Positions 62,520-64,000 of a stretch of DNA of 64,000 nucleotides are shown here, in pieces. The DNA is from Chiloscyllium plagiosum (lineage: Eukaryota): contig NC_057719.1 in assembly GCF_004010195.1 (NCBI RefSeq), forward strand, positions 92,953,946-93,017,945, read 5' to 3'. Under the pieces are notes generated by a model. It was not told the DNA's origin, searched no databases, and saw only the letters and a list, made by a program, of their open reading frames with translations. Within the stretch, counting starts at the first letter, position 1, and each line of letters starts with the position of its first letter. The position numbers were made by a program, and so were the translations under genes.

Positions 62520-63820
62520 ACGATGCTGTGTAAATTACAAAGAACAACAGGCCCTTCATTTGTCTTAAAGAACAGCAGTCCTGTGTATCTTCTAGAGAAG
62601 AGCAGTTTCTAGGTACGTTACAGAGAACACCAGTTCCTGCATGTATTACAGAGACCAGCAGTTGCAGTCCATATTGCAGTTAAAAACGCCGTCCCTCTAC
62701 ATATTGTATATAATGTCTGCCTCTGGATCTATTGTACAAATCAGCAATGCCTCTGTTTATTACAGAGAACAGCAATATTTGTAGGGGGTGGTGTAATTTT
62801 TAAATCATTAACTGCTGTAGTAAGCACATAGTAAGTACAAAGCCACCATTTTAGTCTTCTCTACCTCTGGATCTATTGTACAAATCAGCAATGCCTCTGT
62901 TTATTTCAGAGAACAGCAATTTCTGTTTATATCACAGAGAACAGCAGTTCCTGTGTATTTTGCACAGATCAGTAGTTCCTTTGTATATTACCGAAAACAG
63001 CAATATATCTCTATATAATACGTAACAGCAATCTCTGTGAGCATGAAACAAAGCAGCTGTCCCTATGTAACAGAGAAGAACAGGCATTGGGTAATTTTCG
63101 AGTTCGCAGTTACTGTGCATGTTACAGAGAACATCTATGACTCTTGCAGTAAAGGTCACTTCATCTGTATGCTAGAGAGAACAGTCCTTGTGTGTCATAA
63201 AGAGAAAAGCTCTACCTGTGTATACTGAGGAGAACAGCAGTCCCATGGAATGTTGCAGAAAAGACAGGTCCCTGACTGTATTATAGAGAATTGCAGTTCT
63301 TTTCGATACTTTAGAGAATAGTATACCATGTGCATATTAAAGACAGGACAATTCCTATGTATGATGAACAGAACAACACTTGCTGTGTATGTTAGGAGAA
63401 CAGCAGGCATTTTGTGTATTCAGGTGAACAGTAGTCCCTGTATATATTGAGGATATCAACTTGTGTATATTTTAGAGAACAGCTTTCCCTTTCCGTATTC
63501 AAGAGAACATCAGTTCCTGGGAATATTATAGAGAACGACACTCCGTGTTTATAACATTGAGAAAAAAAATCAATCCCTTTGATATTGTAGAGAACAGCAG
63601 TCTGTGTGTATATTACAGTGAACAGTAGACACTTTTGTTATTCCAGACTCCACAGCTCTTGTCTTTCTTCTGGACAACAGCATTTCATGTTCATAACTGT
63701 AGTGCCCTGTCTTTACTGCAGTGAACAGCAGTGCCTCAGTTTGTTGTTGCGAATAGCAGTGGCTCTCTTCATTATAAAGAAGAGAAATCTCTCCCTTTAT
63801 TGCAGACAGCGACAATATAT
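62520..63820 (+). repeat. Diverged 28-bp minisatellite
   Basis: Unit approximately attacagagaacagcagttcctgtgtat; cag.agttcc at 62942 and 62970, next unit at 62998. Confidence 0.92.
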
Positions 63821-64000
63821 TGCAGATGCTGGAATCTAAAGTAGATAAGCAGAAGACTGGAAGAAGACAGCAAGCCAGGCAGCATCAGAAGGTGCAGAAG
63901 TCAATATTTCATGTGTAACACTCCTTCACGACTCCTGAAGTCTGAATCATGAGGAAGGCTTACACCTCGACTTCGACACTTTCTGATGTTGCCTGGTTTG
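63815..64000. mobile_element. Inverted pair of Penelope-like termini, running off the window
   Basis: ttgcagatgctggaatc...caagccaggcagcatcagaagg mirrored by ttctgatgttgcctggtttg at the window end; same family as 18445 and 21210. Confidence 0.75.

Larger units (their letters stand above)
56170..62520 (+). repeat. Segmental duplication copy C (right arm), with an extra ~2.1-kb block at ~59660-61790
   Basis: Mirror order of copy B: LINE end, Asp remnant (~56855-56914), HE1-like SINE (~56935-57110), Penelope fragments, TG-rich tract (~58910-59240), His remnant, LTR-like start. Confidence 0.92.

Noticed and set aside
62520..63820. CRISPR-like array
   Set aside because: Contiguous diverged tandem units with no unique spacers, no cas genes and a eukaryotic context.

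Overview
This is non-coding, repeat-dense vertebrate DNA, most likely from a shark or other elasmobranch. That assignment is inferred from HE1/V-SINE-like SINEs, HER1/CR1-type LINEs with (TTCTATG)n tails and the style of the C2H2 zinc-finger remnants. No intact host protein-coding gene is visible. The window has five main components. (1) 1-~4580: a decayed, internally deleted endogenous retrovirus (gag start fused to RNase H/integrase, env, PPT, 3' LTR). Its env TM subunit has an alpharetrovirus/filovirus-GP2-like cysteine-bounded internal fusion loop. (2) ~4.8-23 kb: four C2H2 zinc-finger gene remnants with CCAAT-rich promoter-like modules. (3) ~30-62.5 kb: a decayed tRNA gene cluster (His, Asp, Glu, iMet, intron-bearing Arg-TCT, and a Pro-AGG with an 18-nt insertion at the canonical intron site), partly built from three copies of one His-LINE-Asp segment, two of which form a large inverted duplication. 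(4) Many CR1-like LINE fragments and Penelope-like (GIY-YIG) elements, whose termini carry degenerate minimal hammerhead ribozyme motifs and often occur as back-to-back inverted pairs. (5) Two minisatellites with 67-bp and 28-bp units. All family assignments are by-eye comparisons with remembered consensus sequences, no database search was run, and boundaries are approximate.
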